DNA of 64,000 nucleotides from Rhina ancylostomus (taxonomy: Eukaryota): positions 69,451,121 to 69,515,120 of the forward strand of contig JARFYF010000104.1 of NCBI GenBank assembly GCA_030265395.1. The letters are read 5' to 3'. Below are positions 1-14,674 of the stretch, one piece after another; the stretch's first letter is position 1, and each line of letters starts with the position of its first letter. The translations under genes were made by a program, and so were the position numbers. The notes beneath the pieces are model-generated. The model worked only from the letters and a program-made list of their open reading frames with translations. It was not told the DNA's origin and did not search any database.

Positions 1-316
1 AGAAGATACAGGAGCCTGAGGGCACATACCACCAGGCTCAAGGACAGCTTCTATCCCACGGTGATAAGACTATTGAAAGGTTCCCTTATATAATGAGATG
101 GACTCTTGACCTCACAATTTACCTTGTTTGACCTTGCACCCTATTGTCTACCTGCAATGCACTTCCCTATAGCTGTTACACTTTGCTCTGTATTCTGTTA
201 TTGTTTTCACCCTGTACTACCTCAATGCACTCTATACTACCTCAATGTACTGTGTAATGAATTGATCTGTTTGAACGGTACGCAAGACAAGTTTTTCACC
301 GTACCAATACCAATAC
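1..316 (+). mobile_element. 3' end of a Rex1/Babar-like LINE
   Basis: Frame 1 reads RRYRSLRAHTTRLKDSFYPTVIRLL, a typical Rex1-clade ORF C-terminus, followed by a 3' UTR and a short (ACCAAT)n tail. An antisense sister copy is at about 44655-44956. Confidence 0.85.
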
Positions 317-1339
317 TAAATACATCTACATAGGTTACAATTACCAGAACAACATGAAATTCCATACTTTCCAGGAGCTGTAGTCTGTTCATACAGTTTA
401 CAGTAAAAACTTGGCCTGATCACATTATGAGCAACTTAATGTTTGTGATGTTCTTTTAAAAGAAGTGGTAGGACAGTATCTTTAGAATGTCTGTATGTTG
501 TACAACGAACCATGGCGTAATATCTGCATTCTAAATATTAAAGGTTCTGAATATTAAAGGTTCTGAGTGATAAGTAATTGTTATCAGTAGCAACAATACT
601 TTGAAGATATTGGCAGTGGATCTATCTCAGAATTCCCAATAATGTGGTTACTAAGGTACAAGAATGAGAAAGAATCTCCATGATGAGTTTCCACAAATGT
701 AACAGATGCACCTTGTCAATGCAGGTTATCCCCTGCTGAATGTATTTTTCTTTTCTGATTGTTTACTGTCCATACAAGAAAAAGATTTGCTGGATATGCT
801 AATATGAAAACCACTTCCCTTTAAAAAGGCTGGTTTCATACGCAAGTTCTTGTAAAAGCTCCACACTTGGATTGTGTGAACAAACTTGTTTTTATTCACC
901 AATTATTGCCTGTCCCTTTTAAACACAAGGAAATTGCTTTAATTGTGAAATAACTATCTTCTCTGGGCTTGTTGATTTATTAAAAGTTTCACTTTTGCAT
1001 AGCTATCTTGAGAAAGCTTCTAGAAAAGTTATAAATGCGTATTAAACAAAAGATCTCTGTGCTACTAATATTATACTAAAAATCAGCATTTTACTGCTAG
1101 CATTGTGCACTCCCTCTTCCTGTAAGGACACAGCCACCCATATAGATCTAGCAAGCTAAGAACAGTTAGATCAGTGATGTGTGGAATATCAATTCAAATT
1201 GCACAAAAACTGAGAATTTAATTTTTAAAAATTAGTGGTTTTCAGCAAACATGGCCACAAAACTGTTGGACTATTATAAAAACAAAGCTGGTGCTTAAAG
1301 GAGGAGACCTGCTATTTTTGCCTGGTCCTGTATCTTATT

Positions 1340-1610
1340 TTTAGATTGTCCATCTGGATCAAGGATAACCTGCTTCCATGCCAATTTAGTGGATTCTGAG
1401 ATGTCTAATGAAGCCAAAGTGAGAACTATAGACTCTTTCACAGGTGGGGCCAGAGCTGCCAGATCTGCCAGATAGAGTGGGCACCCGGGTACTTGTTGAG
1501 GTAGTGTGCCCTTTCTGCTCTTATTATTCTCATCCAACCATTGCAAGTACTTCTTGGCAGAGAAGCCAAGAGTCTCTTCACAGCTACCAATTGTAGTGGA
1601 CCTCAAGACT
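1340..1610 (-). mobile_element. Degenerate RTE-like LINE 3' end
   Basis: Shares the terminal segment ctggatcaaggat.acctgcttcca with the copies at about 2585 and 14677. Confidence 0.6.
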
Positions 1611-2584
1611 ACCCATANNNNNNNNNNGCTATGAATGCATTGTAGCTCCTCTAGGCTTGGAATTGACAGTTTGTAGGGGTTTAAGGAGCATCTTTAAATT
1701 TAGGCTGGTTCTTTTGAACATTAATGGGCATACTTTAGCAGCTTTTAAATATAACTTGTATTTCATTAAGAAACTTTTATATCAATATAGATATGAACAC
1801 TGGGATATTCATAGGTATTGGCTCAATGCTTATTATTTCATTATTAAATCCATTTCAATTATGTTAATCAAACTGCACCATTACCAATTTTAAATACAAA
1901 CAAACATTTTATAAGAGTTTTGTTTAAAAAAGTTGTATCAACTTTTTTATATTAACTTTGCTGGTTCATGAACGATTTTACATTTGATAATAAGAAGCTG
2001 AGTTGAATGAAAACTTTGACAAAACCTTCTCAAAATTAGCATAAATTTGGTTGCAATTTCCATCTGGATTGCTAATTGATGGTGATAAATCCCAATAATA
2101 AACTAATCTGATTTGTCAACTATTAGTATGCTACCAGCCTAAAATCAAGTCGACTCCTCTGACATGCTACAAGGGTTCATATATGATAAAAAAAACATGA
2201 TGCATAAATGTAGCATCAATCAGCAGGAGAGATTTGTTCAGACTGTCTGCAACATGGCTTTTGTTGATCTCATTCCCTGCTTCAGTTTATATCTTTCATT
2301 CCTTTAGCAAATTATGTCAGTTCCCACGTCCTTATAGTTAGAAAGGATAAATATCAACAATTTTCTGTTTTTAAAAGGAGTGATTTATAAACAGTTCAGA
2401 AGAAAGAGAGCAAATTGCATGAGGGACAGAATGTGTCATGCTGCCAAAGCTAATCTATTGAGAGCCCTTGTATATATTGATGCAAATTGCTGTACAGCAG
2501 ATTTCCCCCATCACCCATCGTGCACTATTAATAGACATGAATGTGTAGACTGATGTTTAAATCCTTCTTCTTATGCAATTCCTT

Positions 2585-2925
2585 GGAATCAAGGATGATT
2601 TGCTTATACTTTGATTCTGTGGGTTCGAAGGTTAATGTGGGATCCACAGGTCCTCCAGAGATGGAGCAGGAAGTGACAGATGGGGAGAAAGGTCATTTGG
2701 TTTGTCAGGTGATATGCTCCTTCCACTTTACACTGTTCTTCTGTGTGCTCCCTACACACGGACTCAAGGTCCTCTTCTAATCTAAATGATCCTTCTCCTC
2801 TTTGACTAGTGTTGTCGCAGGGATCCCCAGGAGTAACGGGGGATGTTGCATTTTTTAAATGGCTTTGAGAACATCCATGAATCTTTTCCTCCATCTACCT
2901 TGCAGTGTCTTTCCATTTATAACCT
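2585..2925 (-). mobile_element. Degenerate RTE-like LINE 3' end
   Basis: Minus strand gives frameshifted TSCSISG/TCGSHINLRTHR, resembling the Cys/His C-terminal motif of RTE-clade ORFs. Confidence 0.65.
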
Positions 2926-3169
2926 GTCTGGTCTCAATAGTAAAAAAAAATCTGACATGCCCAAGCTACGTTGACCACTTATTATCGATACTACCATTCA
3001 GGCATGTCTAGCTAATCAAGTTGTCCATCATGTATTAAATATATTATTTTATTAAATAAATGAAATGATAAAAATAATACAAAATGCTCTACATTTAATT
3101 AGATACATTTTCTATTGATTTTATATTAGTTAACCATTCAATTACCTTTGAATATAGTTGCCTTAAACG

Positions 3170-3510
3170 TTGAATAAAGGAGCAGGAGTAGACCATTTGG
3201 CCCTTTGAGCCTGCTTCACCCTTCAGTATAATCATGGCTCATCCTCTGTCATAATACCGTACTCCTGCTCTCGCCCCTTACCCTCTGATGCTTTGTATCT
3301 GGAAATCTATCTGCCTCCTTCTGAAATACAGTTCAGTGCCTTCTGTGGTAGAGAAAACCATGTTTATCATCTTCCGAGTGGAAATGTTTCTCCTCATCTC
3401 ATTCCTAAATGTTCTGCCCCATATCCCGAGATTATGATCTGTTGCTCTAGACAGCCTAACCAGAGGAGATATCCTCCCTGCAATCAGTCTGTTTAGCCTG
3501 TCAGATAGTT
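3170..3510 (-). mobile_element. CR1-like LINE 3' fragment
   Basis: Antisense tail ggagcaggagtagaccatttggccctttgagcctgct, similar to 21290 and the reverse of 50600-50645. Confidence 0.7.
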
Positions 3511-4739
3511 AAATATCAACAGTTTCAACAGAACATTCAAATTTCAACTTTTTTACTTTAGGTTTGTACATTTTTAATGTTTGTTACTTGTTCATCTGAA
3601 TTGACACTATTGTCAACATACTTCAAAAAGACTGACGCTTTCAGTCTGAAAAGAAAAAAAAGATGTTTCTGAGATAATGGAATACCTAAAGTCTGAATCA
3701 GTTTTAGATTCTGCTTTTTTTTGAAGAAAATCAAAATACAGATTTTATACCACGTTAGTTTGGATTGATCAGATANNNNNNNNNNNNNNNNNNNNNNNNN
3801 NNNNNNNNNNNNNNNNNNNNNNNNNNNNNNNNNNNNNNNNNNNNNNNNNNNNNNNNNNNNNNNNNNNNNNNNNNNAGATACAGTATAAAATGTCATGTCC
3901 TCATTCAATATCTTCATCCACTAATTGTTCTGCAAGGATTTGACAAGGGATCAAAATCTTTTGTCACATATTTTGCTTATTCAGCTTTTTAAAAAATCTC
4001 TCAATGGGAATAAACAAAAAAATTGAAAAGATCTCATTTACCTTCAGGAGATAGATCTATGTAATTGTACAAGGTTCCACAGCTTGACCACAGGATCACA
4101 GTATGAGGATGACATGTATCCAGATTGCTCCTAGAATGATGTGTATATTTGTTAAGTGTGGACTTCAGTTAGCACTATGACGTATATTGCTTCTGGAACA
4201 CCATTAAATATTGTCAAGAAACTCTGCACCCTCACTTTGCCCAAAGCATGGGTCATGATTTGATCTTCAGGTTATATGGAATCACTTGATTTCAACCAAG
4301 GCTACTCTTAACCATTGAATTTGTTGTCATGTGTAACCACTAAAAGCAGTTTTAAGCTAGAATTGTGAACACAGAAGACTAACTATGCAAGGGATGACAC
4401 CCAGCTTAGTTATAATACTTTCTTGGTTGAATAGCTTGGGACATTATCAGCCCAGTTTCACATTCAAAGAATGATAAACTGAAGGACTGCCAATATTGTA
4501 GAATTGTATATTGTTGCTTTGTGAAAAAAATTAAAACCTGCACATAAAATGATTTTGGCAGTGTTAATTTATAATAGTCACGAATTCACAGCACAAAATT
4601 GTTCATAAATTAACTTTTTGAAGTAATATGTTGCCTGACTGAGAAAGTAGAAAAATTGGTTTACTAAAGTTGATGCTCAGATGCTGTGGTATATTAGAGG
4701 GAGCTTTATTCTGCATCTACCATGTGGATTATTTGTCTA

Positions 4740-5435
4740 GAGGAACAAAGAGAGTGAGTATCTGCAGATCATTAAAGGTATCAGGATAGGTCAATAATAT
4801 GATTAGAAAGACATTCAGGATGCTTTCCGTTATGTAGCCAAGGCAGAGAATTAAAGAGAATAAAGATCATGCTAGAACTGTATGCAACACTTGCTAGGGC
4901 ACAGTTTGGGTACTAATGTACAGTTCTGTCTACAGAAATGAGATGATTGCACTGGAAAAAGTGCGGAGGAGATTCATGAAGATGTTGTCAGTGTTAGAAA
5001 ATGGTAATTATGAGGAACGAAAGACTGGATAAGTTGTAATTGTTTTTCTTGGAACCAAGGAATCTTAGGGGAGACAACTGATGTGTATAAAATTATGAAG
5101 GGCTTGGAAAAAGTAAATAGAAAGGACCTACTTCCCCTCAGCAGAGGAGCCAAAAACCAGCAGTAGTAAATCTAAACTAATTTATGGTATTAGAGATCCA
5201 ATGCAGAGAGTGGGGTGGGATGGGTCAGGAATTCACTGCTTGAAAGGGTAGTAGCGTGTACAAATTCTCAGTGCATTTAAAAAATTGTTGGATGTGTACT
5301 TGAAAAGCTGTGATATGCAGAGCCACAAACCTAATGTCTGAAGGTGGCATTAGGCTGGGTCACTTTTTTTGAACTGGGCAGACACAATGGCCTAAATGGC
5401 CTCCAGTGCCATTAGGTTTCTGTGATCTCTATGTT
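4740..5435 (+). mobile_element. CR1-like LINE 3' fragment (decayed ORF2 C-terminus and tail)
   Basis: Decayed MLELYATLARAQFGY...ALEKVRERFMKML motif, collinear with 16440-17270 and 49480-50650. Confidence 0.8.
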
Positions 5436-7189
5436 TCACTAGTTGCAAAGCAGGAATTGCTCTGATACATATATATACTTTAGTTGCAGAGAATCTTACT
5501 CAAAGCAATAAAGTTGATAGTGTTGTTGCATATTTTAGCAATATTTTTTCATACCATTAATTGTATTAGTGTTTTCATTAACTTTTTAAAAACAGTTCTA
5601 ACAAGCTTAAAGCAGAATCCTGTGCAGAACTGAGATTAAATACTAGTCTTTGTGAAATACTAAGAAATACTATGAAACTCTAACATAACTCAAAAGGATA
5701 TATAATAAAAAAAATCTTTTTGCTCAACAAAAGCAAAGTTTCAGCTTGCTTTAAATTATGTTCAAACCAAGAGGAGAAACTCAGCCAAAAAACAAGCATT
5801 TCATGCTACCTTTGATTTGAATCATTGCAGCTGCCACAAAAGCATGGTCTTGCCCAACTACCATTCCAGGGCTACATTTTACTGTGACAACAACATCAAA
5901 CTTCTATGGTGACTGAAATGTTTCAGTGCAGCCATTTAATAAGACTGAAATGTATACATTATAAGAAAGCGGCTTTGTGAGTGACCTATGGCTGCATTTA
6001 TGAATGTGAACAGACTAAAGAGAATAAAGACCTCCAGACTGTTGTACCATCTCTCCAAAGCTTCATACTTGAGCTTATTTCAAAGGAGTATATCAAGGAC
6101 TGTGTTTTGCAAAGACTTCAGTAGGTAAGGTATTAATTTGACAAGCATGACAAATAAAGAAATGAATTACAAAAGAGCTTCCAACAAGAGCAGAAGGTCA
6201 TGTAGGTTCATTATTGAAACTTAAACCACTTATTTACCTTTATATGGTTCTTGAAAGCAGTTTAGAGGATTTACTTTAAAAGTAGGAATAATATGTTTGA
6301 AACAGTTGTCCACAACAGTAAGTAAATGTAAATCCAAACTATCACAGTGCAGATACATCTGGATTTTAAGAAATATCAAGTGGAATGGTGCATCAAAGAC
6401 AGGTGGGTTAAAATGTTTAAACCACAATCTGGTCGTAATCCACTTCTGAATTGCCCAGTAAAATGAAGTAAATGCATTTAAAACACTGCTTTGGGTTTCA
6501 GATTAGCAGGAATGTTTCCTCCAGACCTAATAGTCTAACTGCCAATATGGACCCTGTGATTGGCACTTACCACTCTTGTCACTTACCTGGCGTTGGTTCC
6601 CTGGTTCTTTGATTGTCTGACAGGCAGCCAGCCCATCAATCAGACTGACCGTTGGTTGGGAAATCTGCTGAAAAAAAGTTTTAATGATGTCCTGCAAACA
6701 ATTTCCATAATAGATCCTGGAGGATAAGACTTCTAGATTCTCTGCCCAGGAATGCTACCTTCCCTCTCCACCATTCCTTCCCAGCTCCTTTCATGGACAG
6801 AATCAAATACTGGGGCCATATTGTCTGGCACTCTGGACTTTCAGCATTTGAACTTTGTCTCATGCCCAAGCCTTTGTCCAAAAACCTGTCACATATTCAT
6901 TGTAAGTACTTGGCCAATTTTCTTTTAAAATTTATTTTGGAATCAACTTGTGTCACCTTTTCTGGTAAAAGTTACCAGATCCATTGGCAACCCTCTGAGT
7001 GAAAATACTCTCTGTAACATACCTCTGTGAGGTAAATGATTATAGAAATGTGCCCAAATAATTCTTTTGCATCCTCCTACTTCCCTGAACTTTCACATTC
7101 TTTGCGGCTGCTTCCTCAATCAAGTTATATGATTGAATTATTGGAAAATCTAAATCACCATTGCCAGCAAAACAACATATGGTTGAAAT

Positions 7190-7560
7190 GAGACAGATTT
7201 TACAATTCTCACCCTTGTTTTTACATCCTTCCATGGTCTCATCCTTCCATGAAGCTGTGATCTTCTCCAGCTCCATGGACCTCTAAGCAATTTGCGGTCC
7301 TCCAAATCTTACCTCATAAGTATTGTCAGTTACAGTCATTTCATCAGTGACAACTGTTCCTTCAGCTGCCAAGGCCCCAAATTCTAGAACTACCCCTCTT
7401 GCACCTCTTGAAACCTCCCCATCTCTCTTTCTTTCTTTGAGACACTCCTCAATCCTACATCATCAGCCTTAACATCTCTCTTTGTGGCTCAGCATCAAAT
7501 TTTGCTTGATTAAGACTCTTACTGCAGGGCATTTCACTATGTTACAAGCAATATATAATT
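7190..7560 (+). mobile_element. L2-like LINE 3' fragment
   Basis: Reads FTILTLFLHPSMVS-like in one frame and VFTSFHGL in another, resembling the L2 'FKILILVFKSLHGLAP' region, followed by a pyrimidine-rich 3' part. Confidence 0.6.
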
Positions 7561-8944
7561 ATTGAAACTTTGATTCATAAACCATAACAGTAGATATCAG
7601 AATGGCTAGTAGAAGCAACAGACATATTATGGACCTTAACCAATCAGCCAACCCTTTATGACAAGTGTGACATCTATATCTCAAAATGGTGCCATTTTTC
7701 AGTCTACTTGTAAAAATTGTGCTGCAGAATGAATGTCTCATTTGATGATGCTTCTCAAGAATCAAAATACTTCATAAGATTAGTAATAGAAACATTATTT
7801 TGTCAAAGTACTCGGAATCAATTTAACCACTTCCCCACCTTGGTTCGTTATCAAATTACTGGCTGAGTGTATTCCTAGATGTCAAGTGAAGTCCCAGCCT
7901 AATTTTCTGCCCTTTTATCATAGGTGGTATAATGGAGTGTGCCAGAGGTCCATGGACATCAGGCTCTACAATTTTAAAGACAAACTTACATTCCACCAAA
8001 GATCTGTTTTCACCAGTAGAAAAGAATTCACCCATGAGTTATTGGATAGAAGGACCCAAACTAATTCATCTCTTGCCAAATACCTCATCTAAAAGTTGAC
8101 AACATTTTGCATGGTTTGTAAAGCTGAAAAATATACCAAGCCTTTTCGCTTCAATTATAGCCAGCATTACTTTCTCTGCATAAATACAGATTGTTGATGT
8201 GTAAAAAAAAGGTCACATCACATAGAAATTTAAGTCAAGTTTCCCCATACAAGTTATATATTGTTTGTATAAAATGGCCTTTGGAAGTTTAGTTTTTAAA
8301 CATCCTTTCAATTTTGTTTAAAATTTTGGCAATTATTCTATGAAAATTAGGGAAAGATAAAAGGGCAAAGAAAATGAAAAATTGGCAGATGAAAGTACAC
8401 CAATGATTCCTTCTAAAGCGAGCAATCTGTAAAGGAGACCACAAAAGAACAATTGATGGACATTAATTTCATTAATTTCTTATTCATTCAGTTTCCAGTA
8501 GAATTATACATGTGTTTTCAGGTGTATCTTTAATGACATGCAGAATTAGCATGAGGACATTATTGTCAGATATGGAGCTACCCCAGCTCCTGTTCTGGAA
8601 TAATACATGTTATCCTTATTATTATTTTTAGTCAGATGGTAGGTTATCCAGTTTGGAAAGCAGAAATATAGTGCATTAAAACAATGACATTTCTGTCCTG
8701 TATAAACTAAGAAATGCAAAAGTTTGGGTATTAGAGCATCACCACAGGAGGGAGTGCACAATTGCAACAATAAAAATTTACCTTAAAAGAGTTTCCTTTG
8801 CAAACACAGCAATAGTGATGTATAATGGAAAAGCAACAAAGGGGTCACAAAATTAAAATAAAGCTATGAAGGCAGTAAGAACAAATCACAGAGTGATGAA
8901 CTTCCTGAATAGAGTTTCAGAAAGACATAGCAAATACAATCTAC

Positions 8945-9720
8945 TAAAGGACTACTCTCTTCATGAATCCCTGGTCTGTTTATCCCTTCCTACCAAGCCC
9001 TCCCCATCCCCTGGCACTATCCCCTGCAAACAAAGGAAGTGTAGAACCTGTCCCTTCACCTTTTTCTCACCACCATCCAGGGATCTAAACAGCCCTTTCA
9101 AATGAGACAGACGTTCACCTGCACCTCTTCCAATCTGGTCTCCTGCATTTGGTACTCATGATGTGGCCTCCTCTGCATTGGAGAAACCAAACATAGACTA
9201 GGCAAAAATTTTGCAGAGTGCCTGCACTCAAGTTTCTGCTTGCATGTCATTTTAACTTTCCTTCTCGTTCCCACACTGACATGGCTGTCCTCAGCCTTCT
9301 CTAAATGCAAATTGGAAGAACGACATCTGATATTTTGCTTGGGTAGCTTACAACCCAATGGTATGAACAATGAATATTCTATTTTCAGGTAATCCACACC
9401 CCTGGTGTTGTTCTCCCACATACACTCACTTGTCCAACTAGATTTCTTCTCCCTTTGTTCACCTTTCTCCATTCTCTTCCCATCTCCCCCTTCTCCATCT
9501 TGTTCCATCTTCCCATCATTCCCTCCACCACATCTGGTTCCACTTATCACCTACCAAGCTCTGTCCCACCCCTCCCTCTTACTGCTGTATGATGGCAATC
9601 TTTCCTCTTCCCTCTCAGTCCTAAAGCAGAGTCTCGACCTGAAACCTTTTGCCTCCACTTCTTCTAGTGTTCTGATTTTTGTTCCAGATTCCAGCTTCTG
9701 CAGTTTCTTTTGTCTTGAAG
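8945..9720 (+). mobile_element. Penelope-like element remnant with decayed GIY-YIG endonuclease and terminal repeat
   Basis: GTIPCKQRKCRTCPF followed by QTFTCTSSNLVSCIWYS*CGLLCIGETKHRLGKNFAECL (about 9108-9225), matching the Cys-rich GIY-YIG region of Penelope-like elements; contains an in-frame stop. Confidence 0.85.
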
Positions 9721-9829
9721 AATAAGTAACTAATTGGTTTCACAAAATTAATCACTGATGCCAGTTAGAAAGATGGGATGAGAATCATTATTATCAGCTT
9801 GAGGATTTCATATCTTTTCCTTTGCCCAT

Positions 9830-10370
9830 TTTTTTGGGTGTGGGTATTACTGGCAAGATCATCATATAGTGCCATCATTGCCCTTGAGAAGGTAGGAGAG
9901 AGCCACTTTCTTGATTGTTGCAGTCCTTCTGGTGAAGGTACTCGCAGAATGATATTGGCTAGGTAGTTTCTGAATTTAGACCCAACAATGAAGTAGGAAC
10001 AGGGATATGTTTCCAAGTCAGGATGACAGTGTGACTTGAAGAATGATCCACATGTCCATGTAGTTCCCATGCACTCTAACTACCCTCTGGAAATAGCAGT
10101 CACAGGTATGTGAAGTGAGTAACTTCATTGCACTTTGTAAATGGTATTGCAGCCACTGGTGTTAGTAGTGGATGGAATGAGCGTTTACAATGCTGGATCA
10201 TGTGGGCTGCTTTGTCCTGGAGGGAGGTGAGATTCTTGAGTGTTATTAGCAAGTGGAATATATGCCTTGTAGATGCTGGAAAAGCTTTGCAGCATACCCA
10301 TTTTCTGATATGCTCTTATAGAACTGGTATTTATATGACTGCTCCAGATGAATTTCTAGCCAATGCTGAC
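9830..10370 (-). mobile_element. CR1-like LINE (second family) 3' fragment
   Basis: Antisense to the tail at 58020-58170 (caagggcaattagggatg...). Confidence 0.7.
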
Positions 10371-10709
10371 AATTTTCAATAGTTTTTTGCCATTGGATCT
10401 ATGCGTTCAAATAAATTAAAATTAGAATTGTATTACACCATTTAGATATCACACAATATTCTGTTTAAATTAGGACAAGACTTTGTCATCTAATTACTCA
10501 CACAAAGTAAGTTCCCAGGACTACTATGAAGTGCTGTTTATTGAAACGGATCGTAAAGCCTGCAATGGATTTCTGTTTTAAGCCATTTCTAATGGTTTTT
10601 TTTGCTTTCGTCAGTAGTTTCTTTCCTGAACTTCATTTCCTTTTTTTATTCCTATGATGTTGATTCAATGAGCTTCGGTGTCAAATTCCAGAGCATTCGA
10701 CACAATTCA

Positions 10710-10793
10710 GCTCTGAAATAAAAGCAGAAAATGTGTGAAAAACCTAGCAGACCGGGCAGCATCGAGAGAGAGGGAGAGAGAGAGGGAGAGGGG

Positions 10794-10826
<33 letters not shown>

Positions 10827-11030
10827 TGTTTCAGGTCAGTGAATCTTCATTGGAACTGTTCTCAAGAACCTCATATGTGTCTCTTAAATCTTTTCCAGGA
10901 CAAAATGATGATGGCCATTGACCTGAAGCATTGACTCCATTTCTCTCCCATGGATGTTGCCTAACCTACTAAATGTTTACAACATTTTCTCTTTTGTGTC
11001 AGACTTACATCATCTACATTCTTTTGTTTC
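10710..11030. repeat. Fold-back Penelope-terminus-like repeat containing a (GA)n microsatellite
   Basis: Imperfect inverted arms (aaaagcagaaaatg...agcag versus ctactaaatgtttacaacattttctctttt); (GA)n at about 10765-10820. Confidence 0.65.
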
Positions 11031-14000
11031 AATTATTCAGCTGTGCCTGGGATACAGAGTAGAATTGTGAGTATTTGCATCCATGCCATGTGACAGGAAG
11101 GTCTCCAGGCCTCAGTCTTAGGGAACTGTTTGGAAAGAATGATGGAGGGTAGCTTCAAATACCCCTATGGCTCTATTTCAATTATCAGGTCTACTCTCCC
11201 ACTTACCAGTGGGATCCAGGACTCAGTACAAATGATGGCAAGTGGGAGCATCCATAATCTTTGTAATGTCCTGATGATGACTTGTATCAAGATCACAGCT
11301 GCTTAATACCACCTCCTCATGGAGAACCAGGTCATACATGCACCTGCAATTCTGCTCCAATATGCTGTGAAGTTCTTTTTGGGACACGCAAAGTGGTATC
11401 AAGAATCTCAGGGTACTATAACTCAGTGAAACATCATTTTGTGATATGAGGCTTAGCATTGAAAGATATGTTTGTGCTTTGAAAAATCTTTGCAAAATAT
11501 CCATGTGAAGTATATTTTGAGGACAGTTCATGGCAGGAGATGCAAAGACTACATTTCATTACCTCCCAAAATGTGATACAAGCAGGACAGATATTTGGAG
11601 AAGCTTGGACCAGGAAGATATCTGAAGTAGTCTGGGTGCTGTCAGTCCTATAAAAATGTTATATCTTCCCAGTGGCCCAGAAAACAACACCAAAGCACCA
11701 AAGAGTGTAACTACTGTCTAAGGTTTTTGGAGGCCCAATGGTAAACCTGCTTTAATTCGCTGTAAAGAGACATCAATGGGTATATATTACTAGGATATGT
11801 GATACATGATTAATAAATGATCGATGAAAGGAACGTATGAGATTATTTATTTGTACTATGGTACGAGCTATTGGATATGCTTTATATTATAATCAACATT
11901 ATTTATGAACTATAATTAAACACTGTTAAATAATTGAGGTGATAATTATATGCTTCTGAAGAACTTCCCTTCATTTCTCACTCTGGACATGAAATTGCAT
12001 ATTGACTATTTTCACTGGTGTATGTGACCATGAATAAATTAACCAAGCAAACTTAAAGCCATGAATTAACAAAAAAATTTATATAGAAATATACTTCAAT
12101 CCTTGAAATGTATTGGGCATGCTGTTAAAGTAACTCTAGGTTTAGACCAGTGTTATTTTCATTGCACGTGGTATATAACTAGTGAATTTTATCACAGCAA
12201 TTCAGAATTATGTAAAATCATAAACAGAGAGCTTTTTTTCTTATTTTTTGGAACAGATCACTGAGCCAGACATAAGTCTTGGATCTGACTGGAATTCTAC
12301 CCTCCAAGTTTAAGGGAATACTATAATTGAACCAGTGGTCATTGGTCTGATACTTCATGTGACATTGAAGCAAGACTAATAGACCTATATAATTTGCTGC
12401 TCTTTGTTTGAATATGGAAACTGCACCCCAACCATTTGTTCTGTTCTATCCTGGAATGGATTCTAAATTGCACATGCGAAATTCTTTGGTCATTCAAAAG
12501 GAAAGAGATGGTTTTCAATACATTCCTCACGTGGACAAGGATGTCCCACTGAATGCGTGGTTTATTTCATATATGAACTACAAAATTATATTACTACTTT
12601 TTAATTCTTGCATTTTAGATGCTCTCTATTTCTCCCAGGTCTCCCACTTATACACACTTCTGATGAAGGTTGTCAAACATCTCTATTTATATAACTGTTA
12701 TTTCCTCAGGCCTTGCCACTATTTTAGCTGGTATGTAGCTGACCATTCCTAGTTGAAGGGCATATGCTTTATGTCAAATGGTTAAGGCCTTTTACACCCG
12801 ACAATTCCTGGTTTCCTGGTGATTTTTCAGACTACCTATTCTAGGTGATTTGTCTCATGTACCCTCCAGTAAAGAAAATATATTGTTTGCAAAATATGTA
12901 TCTAGTTTGTTTACACTAATTAACTAATACTATATCACTACCTAAGAGCTGTTTGCTGGTTTGTGTTTTATCTGTGCCACATTAGTCACCCTTTGATGTC
13001 ACCTTTATAATAAAATTAAGTGGCTCATTTCCACAGCTTTTTGCTAGCAGAAAGCTGAACATTCAGTGGGCCTAAAATAAGACTGGTGGTTTGAGTGGAA
13101 TTCTGTGGTTACAGATGCAAACCTATCTCAAATTCCATTCTACCTACTTCCAGAAGAGGAATAGAGACCCTTCCCCATTATCAAGATTTAGGCCAATTGT
13201 CAAGAGCAAAAGTAATTTCAGCAAGAAGTAGTTATGTAAAGACTTCCCAATATGATACTAGAATAATGACTGAGGTGTAGATCAGTGTTGTGCAATTCAT
13301 GTATACATGTGTCAGAAAGTATCAGCAACAGCTCTGGAGAAGTTTATGGTTTCTGACAATTTTGAATGATTGCCAAACCTGACTAGTGTGGTGCAGTCAG
13401 GCGGTTGGGAAAATTAAGGCAGTGACTCAGGACACAAATGGGACAGAAGCCAATGGTCAATGGTGAAATGAGAAGGATGCTCAGGAAGATGCCAGCATCA
13501 ATTAAGTTCATTTTGTCTTTATTGGTTAACAAAGATCATCATACAAAAACATCCTGTACAAACATTTTTGTTCACATTCTAATTGACAATAACTAATTTT
13601 CAATTGGAAAGTTTTAAGGCAAACTAGCAGCCTGGGATTGTTGTGTAATTTTTGTTATTAAGAAGTAATACTATTTGCATAATATTAACTAGTAATTTTG
13701 TCTGCACTTGCCTTCATTTGGATGTACACAAATTATTTCATAATTAATACCTTGATTGATTATTGTTAACATCTGATTTTATAAACTAAGAATCTAAAAA
13801 CTAAGATAATTATAACATGTAATGCTAAAATATATTTTACCTTTAATATGGTTTGGTGAACCTTGAGTTACTGTAGCTTTCTGAACAGAATTAAATTCAG
13901 TATGCATTAATGATTGGGACATGTTAGTAAGTTGATAATTTGACCTATTGTAGAACACCTCCATACAGTGCCAAACCTGCCTAACTCCTTTGCACTCAAT

Positions 14001-14674
14001 GTATAAGAGTGGTGTTTTAGGGAAAAAAGCATTATATTTTATTATCTATGACCAGGAATGTATTGATGTTAAAAATGTAAATTCTTGCCTGCTATGCAAA
14101 AACCACATACACAAAATTTTCTTCAAAATTATATACTTAATTTTGCAAAAAGGATAATTGTTTGAAACAACAAATAAATTAAATTATGTTTATGAAAAAG
14201 AAAAGATCATCCATCAAGTTTAAAAATGGATAACATACATCACATTAAACAACTAATTTATCTGAAGGACCCACTTCTCATGGAGATAAATGTTTAAGGA
14301 AAGACCGTTGACAAAAAATGATTTTATTCATTGAAGTGGGATGTTGTGCTGAGCTGACCTGAATTAGGATGCTTCCTTTTGTACTGCAGTGGGATGGAAA
14401 CATTGAAAACATATTTACACATGAACTGTGGCTCATTATATACTCTCTCTGTACAGAGATCTTTTGTTTAGTTGCTAAGACAAAATAAGCATGTCAACCA
14501 GAATCTATAACAATGCTTTTCATCTCTTTTTAGTGAAGGTTTGATGAGCATCTCTTGGCTGCATTTGAACTAGCTGGTGTGACAAGTGGGAATGTTATGT
14601 GGAATTTTGTTTTTCTGAAACTCAAGACTGAGGCATTAGAGTGGATGTTTCTTATTGTTCTTCTCAGGCTGTGC

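Noticed and set aside
534-565. 16-bp tandem duplication aatattaaaggttctg x2, with similar micro-duplications near 28507, 48797 and 58300
   Set aside because: Ordinary slippage-type duplications; only two units and no array or spacer structure.
1295-1606. ORF sharing the peptide WKQVILDP with ORF 14636-14926, suggesting a small protein family
   Set aside because: The shared peptide comes from the common 3' tail of an RTE-like retroposon read out of frame.
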